DNA of 64,000 nucleotides from Octopus vulgaris (Eukaryota), in assembly GCA_951406725.2 (NCBI GenBank), contig OX597819.1, forward strand, positions 119,908,001-119,972,000, written 5' to 3'. This document shows positions 42,901-57,851 of this stretch, piece after piece. The translations under genes and the position numbers were made by a program. Every line of letters begins with the position of its first letter. Position 1 is the first letter of the stretch. The notes under the pieces are model-generated. The model saw only the letters and a list, made by a program, of their open reading frames with translations. It was not told where the DNA came from and did not search any database.

Positions 42901-43174
42901 TCAATGTTTGTGTCTCTACTCGATATTCGCATCGCTATTATTTGCTAGACTAATCCCACTCTATGTTGCAGTTGCAAATCACGCAACTATCATTGCTGTT
43001 CCTGTTGTTGCTGCCATTCTCGTCTTTTTACTGTTCATGTTCTTTACGGTGACATCATGTTGTTATTGTTGATGCAAATCGTGTTTTCCTTGCTATCGCA
43101 ATAGTTTTCTCTGTTGTTACGTCTGATGTCGATGATGTCAGTGATAACAACTTTATTATTGTTAGTTTTTTTTA

Positions 43175-43640
<466 letters not shown>

Positions 43641-44530
43641 TTGTTATTTTTGTTTCTTTGTTCCTGGCGATGTTGCTGTTGTTCATTGTTCATTGTTCTT
43701 CTTGTGTGGTCTTTCTGAGGAAACATGCGCTGTCTTAGAAGAATTGGTTACTGTTATTGATAACAATAGGAATAGAGCACGAGTCTTTACAGGGTCCAAT
43801 TTTTGATCAAAGAAAGGATAAAAATATACATCAAACCATATTCCTCGATTGCCTTTTCACTAGTATACAATACTAGATGGGCTGTTTTTGGTAATTCTTT
43901 CCAAACAAACGATTTGTTTGACTGAAATAGCAGCAACCCGTTAGGTATTCAAAAACGAAACGGAGAATATCTTCACCATTTCCCTGGATATCTTTGGAAA
44001 ACAAACGTAATATTTCAGATGACAAAGAGGAAAACTAAATCGATTTCTTCTAAATAATAAAACTGCGAGCATAAAAATACATTGGATAATAAGACCTGGC
44101 TGAATAATATGCTTATAGAAGCATAGGTCTCCTTAAAGTCAAATACGGATAAATCTAGCTGCAGCCGTAAAGATTTACGCCAGCGTGTAGAATGAATCTC
44201 TTAGTCTGAATGCGTTCTGATCACAATATGAATTCTGTAAAACATAGTTCAAAGTGATGTTCAAAAGGGAAAACTCTGATAAAAAAAAACTTGTCTCAAC
44301 TCCTTGCTTCCCTAATTAAATCATTGCTTTTTGTTTTCATTATTGTAATTTTCTCATAAATCTGTCTGTACTTCGAGTATTATTACATTTGTAATCTGCT
44401 TTTTACATAAACCTATTTCACCTCTACTCGTTTTTGGCATATATAACATTTTTATCCTCCAGAATTGTAAATGCTATTGTCCGTGCCATTCATTATATCG
44501 TTTTGAGGTCCTGTAGTTATTGAAGAATGG

Positions 44531-44642
<112 letters not shown>

Positions 44643-44699
44643 TTATTATTATTATTATTATTATTACTATTATTATTATTATTACTATTATTTTTGCTG

Positions 44700-46075
44700 T
44701 TGTTGTTTTTGTTGTTACTTTTCCTCTGCATGTTTGTTGCAATCACTTGCCAAGACACACATAACGCCCTAGGACAAGGGAAGTATAACGGATATTACAG
44801 TATAACTGAAAGCTTGGGGAGGGGAAGTGGCAGCGGGAGTAGCGAAATACCTCCATGTAAGACAACACAGATATGTGAATTGACAGAGGATGTGGTCAGT
44901 ACTTGCCAGCACGATCTTTGAATTTCTCTGAGACATGATTCTCCTGGGATGTAGTTTAGATATTTCTGATATCCCATTTTTATCACATCTAGGACACCTA
45001 CAATAACAGGAACAGTTTTTTCTTTAATATACCACATCTTTTTTATTTCAATTTCCAGGTCCTTATATTAACAAAGCTTGTCAAATTCCTTTACAGATAT
45101 ATTTTTATCAGTGGAAACAAATCTATAATCTACAAGTATATTTTTCCTTGTCTTTAATAATTATTTCTGTTTGATTATCTTGGATCGTTCTGTCAGTGTT
45201 TCCTGGAGAATCCCAGAGGATGCAAACATTTTTACCGTCAATGACTAGCACAGTATAATGTTCATACCAGTTAATAGGATTAGCGATTTCGTAGTGTGTA
45301 TATATTTTCCAACGTAAAGATGCCCTTCACTATCGTGGAGAATTTTTGTATTCATTTGGTGTCATCACAGGGTATCCCAAAACGAGATGGTCTATTGTTT
45401 CATCAAGTGTTTGCAGGCTCTGAATTTAGAATTAGTACTGCTTTGAAGAACATTAGCCTGGTAGTTTCTCATAAACGAGCTTTGAACTTGAGCCGCCAAT
45501 ATGAAGCTTTCAGTCTCTGTGTTCAGTCCTGAATTTCTCAGTCAGTGATGCGTTGCTTCTTCATTCACATCAGCATCTTGAATTTGAAGAATGTACTGTC
45601 CATGCAGGAGTTTCTGACCGTTCTTTTTTGCAGTTTCCTTGATGCGTTTTGGTGGTGGGGAACCAGTGGTTTCAGATTCTTTATCTAATTCAGGGTTAAT
45701 ACCAAGTTTACTTGCGACTGTATAAGCTTCCTTGACAATAAAATGTGATTTTTTGTGGCTCTCATGTTTGCAGACAAGTCGCAGCACCCAGCCCTCTGTA
45801 TTAGATAAGTACCTGTTCACTGATATTGTAGGGGTCTCATAACACAGTTCTAACTGCATCATTCCACTTCCCCCACTATTTTTAGGTAGATACAGACGGT
45901 CAGCGTCTACATTTGGGTGGTGCATGTTCTTAGATGTCAATAAATTTCTTGTCTTCCTTTCCAGGTTTTGGAGCTCCGTAGGAATCCAGTAAATGATGTT
46001 AAAACTGTAATAGACTACTGAAAGTGTCATGATGTTAATGGCTTCGTTGTGACTTTTCGAGTTGAGTTCAACCTT
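44700..46075 (-). mobile_element. Decayed R4/Dong-like element, same subfamily as 12975-14598
   Basis: HHPNVDADRLYLP, MMQLELCY, LHGQY, TVPVIVGVL; shared 3' UTR (gaaagcttggggagggga); (TTA)n at the 3' end. Confidence 0.88.
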
Positions 46076-46419
46076 CTTCTTCTCATTCCTTTTCTTCTTA
46101 TGATTTCTGTTGTTGCTGTTGTTGGTGTTGTTATCATTATTATATAACTGTTCAATTTTTTATAGATCGCGGCAAATTTATACTGCATCACCTGCTGCAC
46201 TAACGTGTTGCTGCAGTGTGTGCAGCATTGTGTGTTATTTTCTGTTGTTGGGAGAGTGTAAACTCTTCCCGAACTGTATTCAGGTGTCGTGCGGTCATTT
46301 GTCGTGTTACTCTTGCTTGTATTGTGTGTTGAATGTATAATGTTTTGATTTTCTGGATTGCTGGTTGGAGTTCATTTCACTGGGTAAATGTTGTATAGAG
46401 TCTGTCTTTTATTCGTGAG

Positions 46420-46960
46420 TTTTGTTTAGGTTGCATTATTGGTTTGATAGTGTCTTGCGTAGGATGTGGGCTGTTCCTAGGAGGGTTATTTTCGGACAGT
46501 GTGTAGAGTTGGGGATCCAGTTGTAGCGTCTACATTTTTGTTCATATATTTTTTATCATACCCAATGCTCTAATTATTATTGTTATTGTTTTTATCTTCA
46601 TGCCCTATATATTCAATACCAATTTCTAATAGCTTTGTACTTCGACAATTTCTCTACCTCTTTATTTTGATCAGAAAGGACTGCAATGTCTATCAGTAAG
46701 CAGGTGCTTTTTCCCCAATCCTTGATTATTATGTCTGGGCGATTAGCTCTTATTTCTTCTTTTGTTTGAAGTAGCATATCCCAGATGATTGTGGGCTAAT
46801 CATTGTCGTAAACCTTGCTTGGCTCATGCTTATACCACCTACTATCAGTTTTGATGTTTTGTAATGTTGGCATATTGTCCAGTGGATATAACTGCTTACT
46901 TAGTCGTGTCTGCGTACATATTCAGACTTGGCAAAGATTGGGCAGCCAATGTGACATACA
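46420..46960 (-). pseudogene. Decayed RLE fragment
   Basis: IIWDMLLQT..IRANRPDIIIKD..CLLIDIAVL, LLGTAHILRKTL. Confidence 0.75.
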
Positions 46961-48874
46961 CAACCTGTTGCTGAACGAATTTTGTTGGCGGAAACCTTAT
47001 GGAAGCCCATCGGTTATATGTATGTGTGAGTATGTGTATGCTTTGTTTCTGTATTTATCGCACAACTGCTTTGCAACCGGGCATTGTTTGTTTACATTCC
47101 TCTAAGTTCGGCTAACGAGATGGAGAGGAATCGATTTTCGAGTAGAAGCATTCAAGGCACTGCTCCAGCATGATCGAAGTGCAGAGACTGTAACAAAAAG
47201 ATACAAATATAAAACAAAGAAACTCTAATGAATCAGTAGATATATTCTTTAGAGAATATTGCAAAATTTATGTGCCGTTAAACAGTTGAGAACAAGTCTT
47301 TCACCCAGTAGAATGGTAGTCTTTCTCAAGCAAACTTTTATACCAGAAAGAATTAAACAATGCGCAGCAGATCAACGAATTACTCGTCTGGTTTTGAAGT
47401 AGAACTATTGTTTACAACGATGAATTAAATCATATTGTTGTTCATATTTAGAAATTTACAAGAAATGTTAGTCCTTTGAGTATTACGTGTTATAAGCCTA
47501 GCGTCTTCTATTCTGGTTGACTAATACACACTTTCTATAAGATTTCTCTCATGAACAAGTATATTATCGCTGAAACTATTCTCCCGTGTATAAAGGAATA
47601 AACAGCTTCACAGTTTTCTCAGCGTATATTGATAATATTGAAACTAATTTCTCCTTCCCCCTTTTTCCGTATATCTAGATTTGAGACAGAACATTTAAAA
47701 TTTAGGGAAAAATATATATATACGTAATGTCTTAAGAGAGATACATATGTTGGCGCCATTAATATATTTACTGTTTGCTTTTTTTCTGCATTTTGTTATA
47801 TTCAATTTGATGAAATATACGCATGAGTTTGTTCGGTCAAGGCTTGTTGCTAAGAATAACAATTCTTCGTCCCTCAAGAGCATTGCACCGTAAAATACCA
47901 CTGAGTAAGTGAATTACTTAAACTAGATGTAGCGGTTACATACATAATCGATGCAGTGAAGACCGGAAGGTCAAATGTAACATTGAAAGAAGTTAATGTT
48001 TTGTCGACGCCAATTTTTATATAAGTTTGATTTGATTGTTTCTGCTATTGTTATTTCATTATGCGTTGTTTTATTGTATTCTCCTGTTTATAAGATACAT
48101 CAATGTTCCTGCTAAACTCTCCACAGTTCCCTCTGCGATGATACTTCCAGGAAAACGAAAATAACAAAAGTGAGTGTTGCATAAACTATAGAGCAAATGG
48201 TTTTGTTTTTCAAATCAAATAGCTACACTTTTGTTCTTGTCGTTGCTGTTGCTCTTTCTGTTGTTGTTGTTGTTGTTACTGTTGTTGTTTGTTGTTGTTT
48301 AAAAGATTCCAGTTGGAAATCATTCTGCCTTTTCTCCCAAATATGGTGTACATATAATCACGTTATTTGATGTATCTTTCCTGCCTAAGCCAGTAGACTA
48401 AGTTTGAAGGCCATTGGGTTGCTATTTGAAGAAGCTCAATTACGGGGTAAGAGGCATCATTTCTCACTCGAGACTCATCATCGTCGTGTTGTTCTTGCAA
48501 CCTGCTGCATATCCATTCAGGATCTGGTGCCTACAATATAGAAAAACATCGAATAATACATCCACAGCAAATAATAATGCATCCCAATAACCGTTGCGCT
48601 GAAAGATATTGTGAACAGCTCCAGCATAGAAGCCGAGATGTTTGGACATGTTGGGACCAAACACCATTGCTATGGCTTAAAAAGCAGAAATGCCTCTAAC
48701 GCTCTCTTTTGTAACTGTCAGTGATGTTTTCCGTTTTCTTCCTATGCATATTGTGTTTGTACAAAGAATATTCCAGCTAAAAATATCACTATTGGACATG
48801 AAGGGATACCCCTGTGCAAAACATGCAAATACCTAAACAGTAAAATAACGCATAGGCTAGGGAAATCACATACA

Positions 48875-49300
48875 AAATGAGCAGAGCTAGGGTTTTATTT
48901 GGCAGATTTGGCAAGGACTATGGAAAAATAGGTGTGTCTTTGTACGTGTCAAATGTAAGGTTTGCCAACCTATAGAGCTTTCTTCTCTGCCGTATGGAGC
49001 TGAAACCTACACAGCTTTTAAACCTCGAGTAGACAAGTTACATGCATCGATGATGAGAGATATACGACGAATTATGAATGTTATTCTTTCTAAAAATATC
49101 AGGAATAAAGAGGATCTACGGTGTGCTGGTCTGCCTCTTGTGATGGAAATCTTCGTTGATAGAAATTTACGTTAGCTGGGTCACGAACAGAGGATGGGCA
49201 ACAACAGACACCCAAGACAAATCTTTTACTTACAACTATGCAATGGGAAAGAAACCATGGAATGACTAGACTGCAAGGATATTGCAAAAGGAAGGTGAAA
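48875..49300 (+). pseudogene. RTE-clade LINE C-terminal fragment
   Basis: SSLPYGAETYT..KLHA..MRDIRRIM..R*LGH..RM..RHPRQIFY.QL. Confidence 0.75.
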
Positions 49301-49937
49301 TGGAAAGGAAGTGATCATAAAGACAAAGCCAAGCGAGAACCCGACTATTATAGAGAAATCTTATCAAGTCATGCCAAACACATGAACAGTTATAGTTGCG
49401 ATGATACATCGAATATCTATAACAACTTTTACCTCGGACGAAAACTACAGTGATGTGCTTGTCAATACTGTATATCAAGTATGATACATAGATGGCAATT
49501 ATAATTTGATATTACTTCACCTGCGCTGATCGGATGAATATGCATGCTTTTGCTTATATATGACAAAAAATATTGGTAACCGAATATTATTACTTAGTAC
49601 GCAAATTACAGTTAAATAATTGTTTCTTTAAAAAAGAAGCTTTAGCTTCATTTTCTAAAATTTGTGCTTCAAACTGTATATTGCCCCAAAATGATGTTAT
49701 TCATGTATATAACAAACAGTAATACAAATAAGTATAGTAGTCGGAGAATCGATATCGATAACAGTTAATGCAAAATTCAAGTGACACGGCCAAACGGAAG
49801 TTGAGTTCAAAATCTAGCAACACAGAAGAGACAAAATGAATTTAAAACTACATAAAATAAACTTTAGGAGAACAAATAAGAGAGTATTATGGTAAACAAT
49901 TAATGTGTGTTTAAAAATATTTTATGTATATTTTATA

Positions 49938-50496
49938 CACTTGCGTCGGAAATTAATTAGCACTTCTCAAATTTCTACATTTTCTTACATTTTCTTAATT
50001 TAATTAACTTATTATCAGAAACGAACTCGTTTTTAATCAAAAATTTATTAAAACATATCCCAGCACACCACATAATTGTTATTAATCGTGAAATTTAGTC
50101 AATATCTTGTTGCTCCTACTTTGGCAGCAATGACAGCTGCTACGCGGGTCGGCATGCTGTCTATGAGTGCCTGCAGGTACTGTGCAGGGATGGCCCCTCA
50201 TGCAGCAAGAAGTGCCCCAAACAGCTCGTGTCGGTTCCTGCACATTCAAATCCCTACCCAATCGACTCCAGAGGTTCTCAATAGGGTTCAGGTCAGGTGA
50301 CTGGCCAGCACGTACTCCTCGCCATCAAAGAGGTATCCCGTACTATCTCAACGTACTTTGCTGCGTTGATGTTGCCTTCGACGGCATAGAGCCGCCCAAC
50401 ACCACTGTAGCTGAACGCCCCTCATACCATCAGACCACCCCCACCATGCTTCATGGTGAGCAAATCAAGGGTGCTAATTAATTTCTGACGGTAGTG
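49938..50496 (-). mobile_element. Internally deleted Tc1-like transposon
   Basis: TIRs CACTTGCGTCGGAAATTAATTAGCAC / GTGCTAATTAATTTCTGACGGTAGTG with TA on both sides; SPDLNPIENLW and DSMPTRVAAVIAAK..TRY on the minus strand. Confidence 0.88.
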
Positions 50497-51922
50497 TATA
50501 TACATAAAATGTTAAACATTTTATGGAGAGAGATTATCAAATTTGGAAATAGTATATTTGTTTCGAATGAAATAGAGCGGAAACGGAGAGGAATCGCTGG
50601 AGCAATTATAATAGTGTTCTATTTCATCGTAGACTGGAGGTTAATCTTGTTTCTAATGCGTAACAATGACTGAGATTAAAATACACTCCTTGAACGAGAC
50701 AACAGCCGACCGTAGAATTACATCCCCGTTATTGTTGGAACTCATTTACATTTGAATGAACTGGAAAAAAATGAAATGAACAGTTTTATTCAACCATGAC
50801 CAAACCGAAGCTGAGTGCAATATCCTAACCATTACGCCATTAAAATATTCGATTTTTGAAACGTTTATATTCTAGTTATAAATATTTCCAAGTGCCACTA
50901 AAGTTGGAGTGAAATAAGTTTAACAGAAATCTACTCAGTGTGGAATACAAAAACAATATATATTTGAAGAAAAGTCTTTATGTCGTGTCTATGTCGACTA
51001 AATACGTATGCGATTTTTTTTTTTTAGCAATAATGAATGTGTTTATTCAGTCTTTTTGAAATAGTTTAAAAAGTAAAATTTTATATGAAATATAAGTAAA
51101 CAAACCAACAGCAATAAATTTCTTTGGAAATGATGTTTTATTTATACGTATAGAGATAAGAATAAGTTGGAAATACTGTTGCTGTTATTATTTAGATTAA
51201 ATTGCTAACAGACCATCGTTATAGGAATGTACATAAACAAATAATGAGCTATAAGTCTTTTCAGTAAGAAAAAACATAATGCTTTCAATAATTTCAAAGA
51301 GAATTTTACGGAAATAAGTTTGAATTATCGTTTGTGTTATTATTTCTGTTAAATATATTATCACACCCTGAAACAATTTAATAAAGAATTTAGAAATTAT
51401 ACAGCGTAGATGAAACTCATAAAGTTTATTTGCTATAGTGTTTTAAAGAAATTTGCTTAAACAGTTATATTCATCGTGTCTATTTTGACTTTATAATAAC
51501 AGATTTTGAACGAAATCTCAAGTCATTACAACGAAACACTGAGGCAAGTGCTTTGGAAAATATGGCCTTAACGTCTGCGCTGAGTAGTTATGGTGTGCTT
51601 TATCAATGTATCGGAAATTTCTCGGCCACTTACTTTCAATTACCTCTCGGACGAATTTCAACGGCGGTCTCGTTTAGTATTGTCCGCAACCACTATGTTA
51701 GAAAGACTTCTACTTTGCTCTGTGCGTATCGTCAGTTGGAAATCTTCTTTATTCAGGCGTCTAGAGTGTAACTTCAGAGAATAAATTCATTTATTATCTA
51801 TAATTATCGCGGCAAGATGGGAGAGCACGGCAGACAAGAACTTTAGCCACATTTCTTTGGACTAATTTTGTTTTGAGTTCATATCCCTCTACGAGTTCAG
51901 CGTTATCTTTCAGCTCTAGAGT

Positions 51923-51958
<36 letters not shown>

Positions 51959-52127
51959 CTGTGTGGTAAGTAGCTTGCTTAATAACCACATGGGTTCATT
52001 CCCACTGCGTGGCACCTTGGGCAGGTGTCTTCTACTATAGCCTCGGGCCGACCAAAGCCTTGTGAGTTGATTGGGTAGATGAAAACTGAAAGAAGCTAAT
52101 CGTATATATGTATATATATATATATAT

Positions 52128-52968
52128 ATAACATAAGGGGGATCAGCCATCTGAATGTGGCTAGGGACAGGGCGGGTTAGTGGGGGGGGTTACTGATGCA
52201 TTTAGCCCCAGGCGATCATCGACGTCACCAGAAGGACCGACACCATCTCGGTGTCCTTGCCAGCCTGCAAAGGGAGATCAGCCTCCCCGAAGATACGGAT
52301 ACTAAATACGGACCGGTTTCGAGGTATTTGCCTCTTATCAACGCATGGTAAGTACCGTTTTTCGTTGAGGGACTTCCTCTACAGGCTGGATATATATGGA
52401 TTTTCACAGTAACCACAGTCACTGATGTGCAAAAACCGTTCAACAACAATAATAAATCTCTGAGCGAGATATAAACAGTAACTGCTCTATAACATAAGGG
52501 GGATCAGCCATCTGAATGTGGCTAGGGACAGGGCGGGTTAGTGGGGGGGGGTTACTGATGCATTTAGCCCCAGGCGATCATCAACGTCACCAGAAGGGCT
52601 GACACCATCTCGGTGTCCTTGCCAGCCTGCAAAGGGAGATCAGCCTCCCCGAAGATACGGATACTATATACGGACCGGTTTCGAGGTATTTGCCTCTTAT
52701 CAAAGCATGGTAAGAACCGTTCTTCGTTGAGGGACTTCCTCTACAGGCTGGATATATATGGATTTTCAAGGTAACCACAGTCACTGATGTAGAAAAACCG
52801 TTCGACAACAATAATAAATCCCTTCTGGTGACGTTGATGATCGCCTGGGGCTAAATGCATCAGTAACCCCCCCCACTAACCCGCCCTGTCCCTAGCCACA
52901 TTCAGATGGCTGATCCCCCTTATGTTATAGAGCAGTTACTGTTTATATCTCGCTCAGAGATTTATTAT

Positions 52969-52972
<4 letters not shown>
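52128..52972. mobile_element. Retrozyme-like array: ~1.9 direct copies of a 361-362 bp unit plus ~150 bp inverted arm
   Basis: AACATAAGGGGGATC at 52130 and 52491; inverted segment 52821-52970; one hammerhead per unit; TA flanks. Confidence 0.86.
52295..52358 (-). ncRNA. Type I hammerhead ribozyme, U3:A8 core variant (second copy 52657-52720)
   Basis: ACGG TACT tacca TGCG-TTGATAA-GAGG caaata CCTC-GAAA-CCGG-TC^CGTA ttt AGTA t CCGT. Confidence 0.82.
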
Positions 52973-53027
<55 letters not shown>

Positions 53028-53255
53028 TGAGTGTATGTGTTTGCGTGTCTGTGTTTGTCCCCCACCATCGCTTGACAACCGTTGGTGGTGTGTTTAGGTC
53101 CCCGTAACTTAGCGGTTCAGCAAAAAGCGACTGATATAATAAGTACTAGGCTTACAACGAATAAGTTCTGGGGTCGATTTACTCGACTAAAAGTGGTTTT
53201 CCTGCATGGCGGCAGTCATATGACTGAAGCCAGTAAAAGAGTAAAAGTGCAAAAG

Positions 53256-53308
<53 letters not shown>

Positions 53309-53317
53309 TGTGTGTGT

Positions 53318-53970
53318 GTAAAATACAAAGATGGGACAAGAACGCAAAACATCCAGGCAGACGATACACAGAAAACAAGGACGGGTCATTCGGAATTTTC
53401 TTTCCTCAGTTGAGTTCCAGATTATCTTATTAATTTCGGCCGGTTATACTCCAGATAGCTCCAATCTGGCCAGCCTTAATGAAAAACTAAGCTAACAGCA
53501 CCAGATTCCTTGGAAGAAAGCAGGGAATGTATACGAAAACAAGAACGAAAAAAAAAACGGAGAAATGGTGCACAAATACAAATAACAGGACATTAACAAC
53601 GGGTCTTATTCGACTAAGGATGAATTAAAGTAATCTGGGGTGTATGGAAGTAAAGCCTTACGGCAGGGACATAAAGTCTGACAGGCACAAGGAGGAATAT
53701 AGACTTTGCACGGATGGTAGTCGAACCAAGAATGAAACGTCAGGCTTGGCCGAACACCGGACATGTGGGGAGAGAGAGGTAGAGGCAGATTGATGGAAGA
53801 ATTAAGGAAGGGCGAGAAAAGAAATGAAATCTCGACTATAACCAACCGAAATTGCAAAGATAATCTGGAACACGACTGAGGAAAGAAAACTACGAAGGAT
53901 CCATCTTTGTTTTCTTTGTATCATCTGTCTGGTTGTTTTGCGTTCTTGTCCCATTTTTGTATTTTTTATA
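53318..53970. mobile_element. Element with diverged ~140 bp inverted ends between microsatellites (probably PLE-derived); related to ~57485-57805
   Basis: 53320-53455 is inverted-similar to 53828-53965; acgggtcattc...tttc.tcagt shared with ~57571. Confidence 0.6.
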
Positions 53971-54001
53971 TAAAAAATATAGCAGCAAACGTACACTTTG
54001 G

Positions 54002-54093
<92 letters not shown>

Positions 54094-55498
54094 CATATAT
54101 GTGTATGTATGTATAAATGTACGTATATATACACACACCTATATATATATATATATATATATATACGTGTTTGTGTGTGTGTGTACATATATTTATATGC
54201 TTGCATATATATGTGAATGTGCGTATGTGTACATATGTGTATGTCCATATGTGCGTGTGTGTGTGTATGTGTCTGTGTGATGGTATTATTTTCTATATTT
54301 TCAGATTTATGTAGCTTATCTCTGTATATGTTTAAGTGTTTATGTTATATTCATACATAGATTTTTCCTAAATTGCTATTTTTCTTTGCTATTCATTCCA
54401 GAAAGACTCTTAGACTCAGAATCAACTGATGTTTTATTTTCCTATATTCGTTGCTTTACAGTCTAACATTACGCAATATATCTTATTCAAAAGGAAAACG
54501 AACTTCTTTATTGATTCCTATGTATAGTCTTATGATTAAAAAACATCTTATTAAATTCTTCAAAGTTCTTTTAGTACTTAAATCCAAATAATAATAGTAA
54601 CGTTGATTCATATTCATTTTTCCGTAAGGAATATTTTTTCTCAAAAGATAAACCGCCGTTGGTTTGTTTATTATCTTTTACATCTAATTGGTCCATTAGT
54701 ACTTTTTACAAAATAATACTAATAACTGGTTGTCATTCATAGTTATTCATATCTCTATAAATTTCTCGTGTAAATAAAAGAAAAAATCGTTTTTGCTTTA
54801 AAGTCTTATTGCTCCTAGTTTGTTTACATTTATTTCACCAAAAAAATCGGTATGTTAGTACATTTAATCGAGATAATAATAGCAACCGTTATTCAGTCTA
54901 ATTTTTATCTTTTAGCTATAGAAATATAGGAAAAAACCACTGTCATTAGAAAAGTACATATCGCCCTTACTTTGTTTATATGCATACATTTCGTATAAAA
55001 TTTTACTTTTTAAACTACCTTAAATAGATAGAAAACACACGGTGTTACAAATACAAATTTACATTAATGATTTAGCTTACACAGTTAATTTTGTTTAAAT
55101 GTAATATTTAATAAAATAATATTTTCTACATTTATTTCATAAAAGCAAACTTTAAAACTAGATATTGCTTTCAAATGTTGATACAAGGTCAACAATTGCG
55201 AGGAAAAGGGTGGGTAAGTCTACTACTTAGAACCATGTGCTTAAATGGTAAGTATTTTATTATCCTTTGAAGTATATAATGCAAAATGACTCTGTGGAAT
55301 TTCAACTGAAAACGTAAAGATGGACGAAATGCAGTTTGTCCGGCGGGCTTTCGATTCTGCCCAATTGCCGCTTTTTTTTTTTTAATTTCAAGTCTATCTT
55401 TCCGATCTTTAGGGCAGCGATCTGGAAGAATTGTTACCACACTGAGCAAAACCCAGCGGCTTCTGTCCGTCTTTACGGTCTGAGTTCAAATGCTACCA

Positions 55499-55740
55499 GG
55501 CGCATGCCTTAGTGATTAAGGTGTTGAACTCATGATCATAAGCTTGTGGTTTCGATTCCTGGATCGGGTGGAACGTTGTGTTCTTGAGCAAAACACTTCA
55601 TTTTACCTTGCTCCAGTTCACTCAGCTGGCAAAAATGAGTAATCTTGTGACGGACTGGCGTCCCGTCCAGGTGGGGAATTTCTACGCCACAAAAACCGGG
55701 AAACCGGCCCTTATGAGCCTGGCATGGCTCGAGAAGGATA
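55499..55740 (+). mobile_element. SINE family B-related within a cluster of old SINE fragments (~55150-56410)
   Basis: tRNA-like head and accgggaaaccggcccttatgagcc block shared with ~24671. Confidence 0.7.
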
Positions 55741-56448
55741 CCTCCTACCAGCATCGGCTTCGCTGTATATCCTTTCGCGGACTCATAACGTGAAGGCAGA
55801 TGAAATACTGCGAAGCATTTGGCTCGGTACAGCCCGATCACCGCTTTTCTTTAAACCTAATATTACTTCAATCTTTAAGGACGTAAGCTAGAACAATTGT
55901 TATCTCACCGAACAAAAAGCTTCTCGGCTTTCGTCCGCCTCTACGTTCTAAGTTAAAATGCCGCCAGGGTAAACGATCAAATAAGTACCACTTAAACGCT
56001 AGGGATGATGTAATCGGCTCACCCCATCCATCCAATTTGCTGGCCTTGGTCCAAAATTTGAAATCAATAATATGTTAATCTATAAACTTGGAAGAAAAAA
56101 GTGACGAGCAAGCAGAATCGTTAGAATGCCTGGCAAAAAGTCCCTAGCGGCATGTCGTCCGTTTCTACGTCCTAAGTTCAAATGCAGCCAAGGTGGCCGT
56201 TGCCGTTCATCAATCCGGGGACGCTAAAATAAGAAACAATTCAGCAATAGGATTGTTGTAATCGAGTTACTTTTCTGAGTAGAACTGGAGCAAAGTGAAA
56301 TAAAGTGTCTTGGTCAAGAACAGAACTTACAGCCTGGTTCGGGAATCGAAATCACTACCTCATGATTCTGAACGAAACGCTCTAACCACTCAGCCATGCG
56401 CCTTCATAAACGTTATACATATTATGTTAATATATATTGACATACCTA

Positions 56449-56785
56449 AGGCGGCGAGCTGGCAGAAACGTTAGCACGCCGGGCGAAATGCGTAGCCGTA
56501 TTTCGTCTGCCGCTACGTTCAAATTCGGAGTCGATAAATTAAGTACCAGTTACGTACTGGGGTCGATATAATCGACTTAATCCGTCTATCTGTCTTCGTT
56601 TGTCCTCTCTGTGTTTAGCCATTTGTGGGTAGTAAAGAAATAGGTATTTCATCTGCCGTTACGTTCTGAGTTCAAATTCCGCCAAGGTCGACTTTGCCTT
56701 TCATCCTTTCGGGGGTCGATTAAATAAGTACCAGTTACGCACTGAGGTCGATGTAATCGACTTAATCCGTGTGTCTGTCCTTGTT
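56449..56785 (+). mobile_element. SINE family C, dimeric
   Basis: GGCGGCGAGCTGGCAGAAACGTTAGCACG head followed by two bodies. Confidence 0.85.
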
Positions 56786-57371
56786 TTCATTGTGGAAATG
56801 CAAGCGTTGGTGTGTTTGTCCGTGTGTGTCTTTGTGCGAGTGAGTTATTGTGTTTTTTCTTTATGTCTTTGGAGTAGTCCACCTGGGGGAAAACAATGAT
56901 GACAATAATCTCTGCTGTTATTCAGAAATTTTTGGCTAATCATATATAACTTCACCTCATTTGCTAGAAGACGTATATTACTGCCGCTATTGTTTGTTGT
57001 CCTTATCTAACCGGAACAGATAATTATATATACAAAATATTCACTACAGCCACAAGAGATTTCTATTGAAAGGAAGACGTACATTGTATATTCACGAATC
57101 GACGTCTAATCGTGTTCTGTTGTAAGATATTAAATGTCTATATTGGTACCCTCATTTTACTTGAGATATCAATACTACTGAGTGTTTGTGTGTCAGTCTC
57201 GTTTTGTTGCGATGTTTACGTAATGTATATATGCATATATTAATTTATAATGTTCATTATTTGAATATATGTGTTTGTATAAACATGTATGCATATATAT
57301 ACACACACACATACGCACCCACGCTTATACAAAAATACATACATGCATCTATATCTATATCTGTATCTATG

Positions 57372-57420
<49 letters not shown>

Positions 57421-57439
57421 ATATATATATATATATATA

Positions 57440-57486
<47 letters not shown>

Positions 57487-57809
57487 GGAACAAAAATGCA
57501 ATAGAGGGCATTCAAACGTTCGGATAGAAAGGCGGACAAGATAAACAATTAGTAGGACAGGCAAAAAAAGACGGGTCATTCTTGGCTTTCTTTCATCAGT
57601 CAAGTCAAGTCCCAGAAGTCATGACCACTTCGGGCAGTTACACTTGAGATAGTTCGATCTGGTTGCTCCCCAAAAAAGTCTAAGCTAAGAGCATTAAATT
57701 CCTTTGTAAGAAAGCTAGCGAATGTGTACGGTAACAAAGAAAAAAAACAAATAAACAAAAAACGGAGAGCATGGTACACAATTACGAATGCAAACAACAA
57801 TAACAGTCA

Positions 57810-57851
<42 letters not shown>

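Larger units (their letters stand above)
51954..53248 (+). mobile_element. SINE family A split by an insertion in its internal (TA)n
   Basis: Head 51954-~52105 and body/tail ~53020-53248 are colinear with the intact copy at 15717-16133. Confidence 0.8.

Noticed and set aside
52225-52811. Duplicated 74 aa ORFs in the 362 bp unit
   Set aside because: Non-ATG starts, no recognisable motif, overlap the ribozyme; a by-product of the duplication, although circRNA translation is not excluded
53870-53910. CTGAGGA/CTGATGA motifs as hammerheads (also ~28944, ~53405, ~57593)
   Set aside because: Could not build stems I-III with a downstream GAAA...UH
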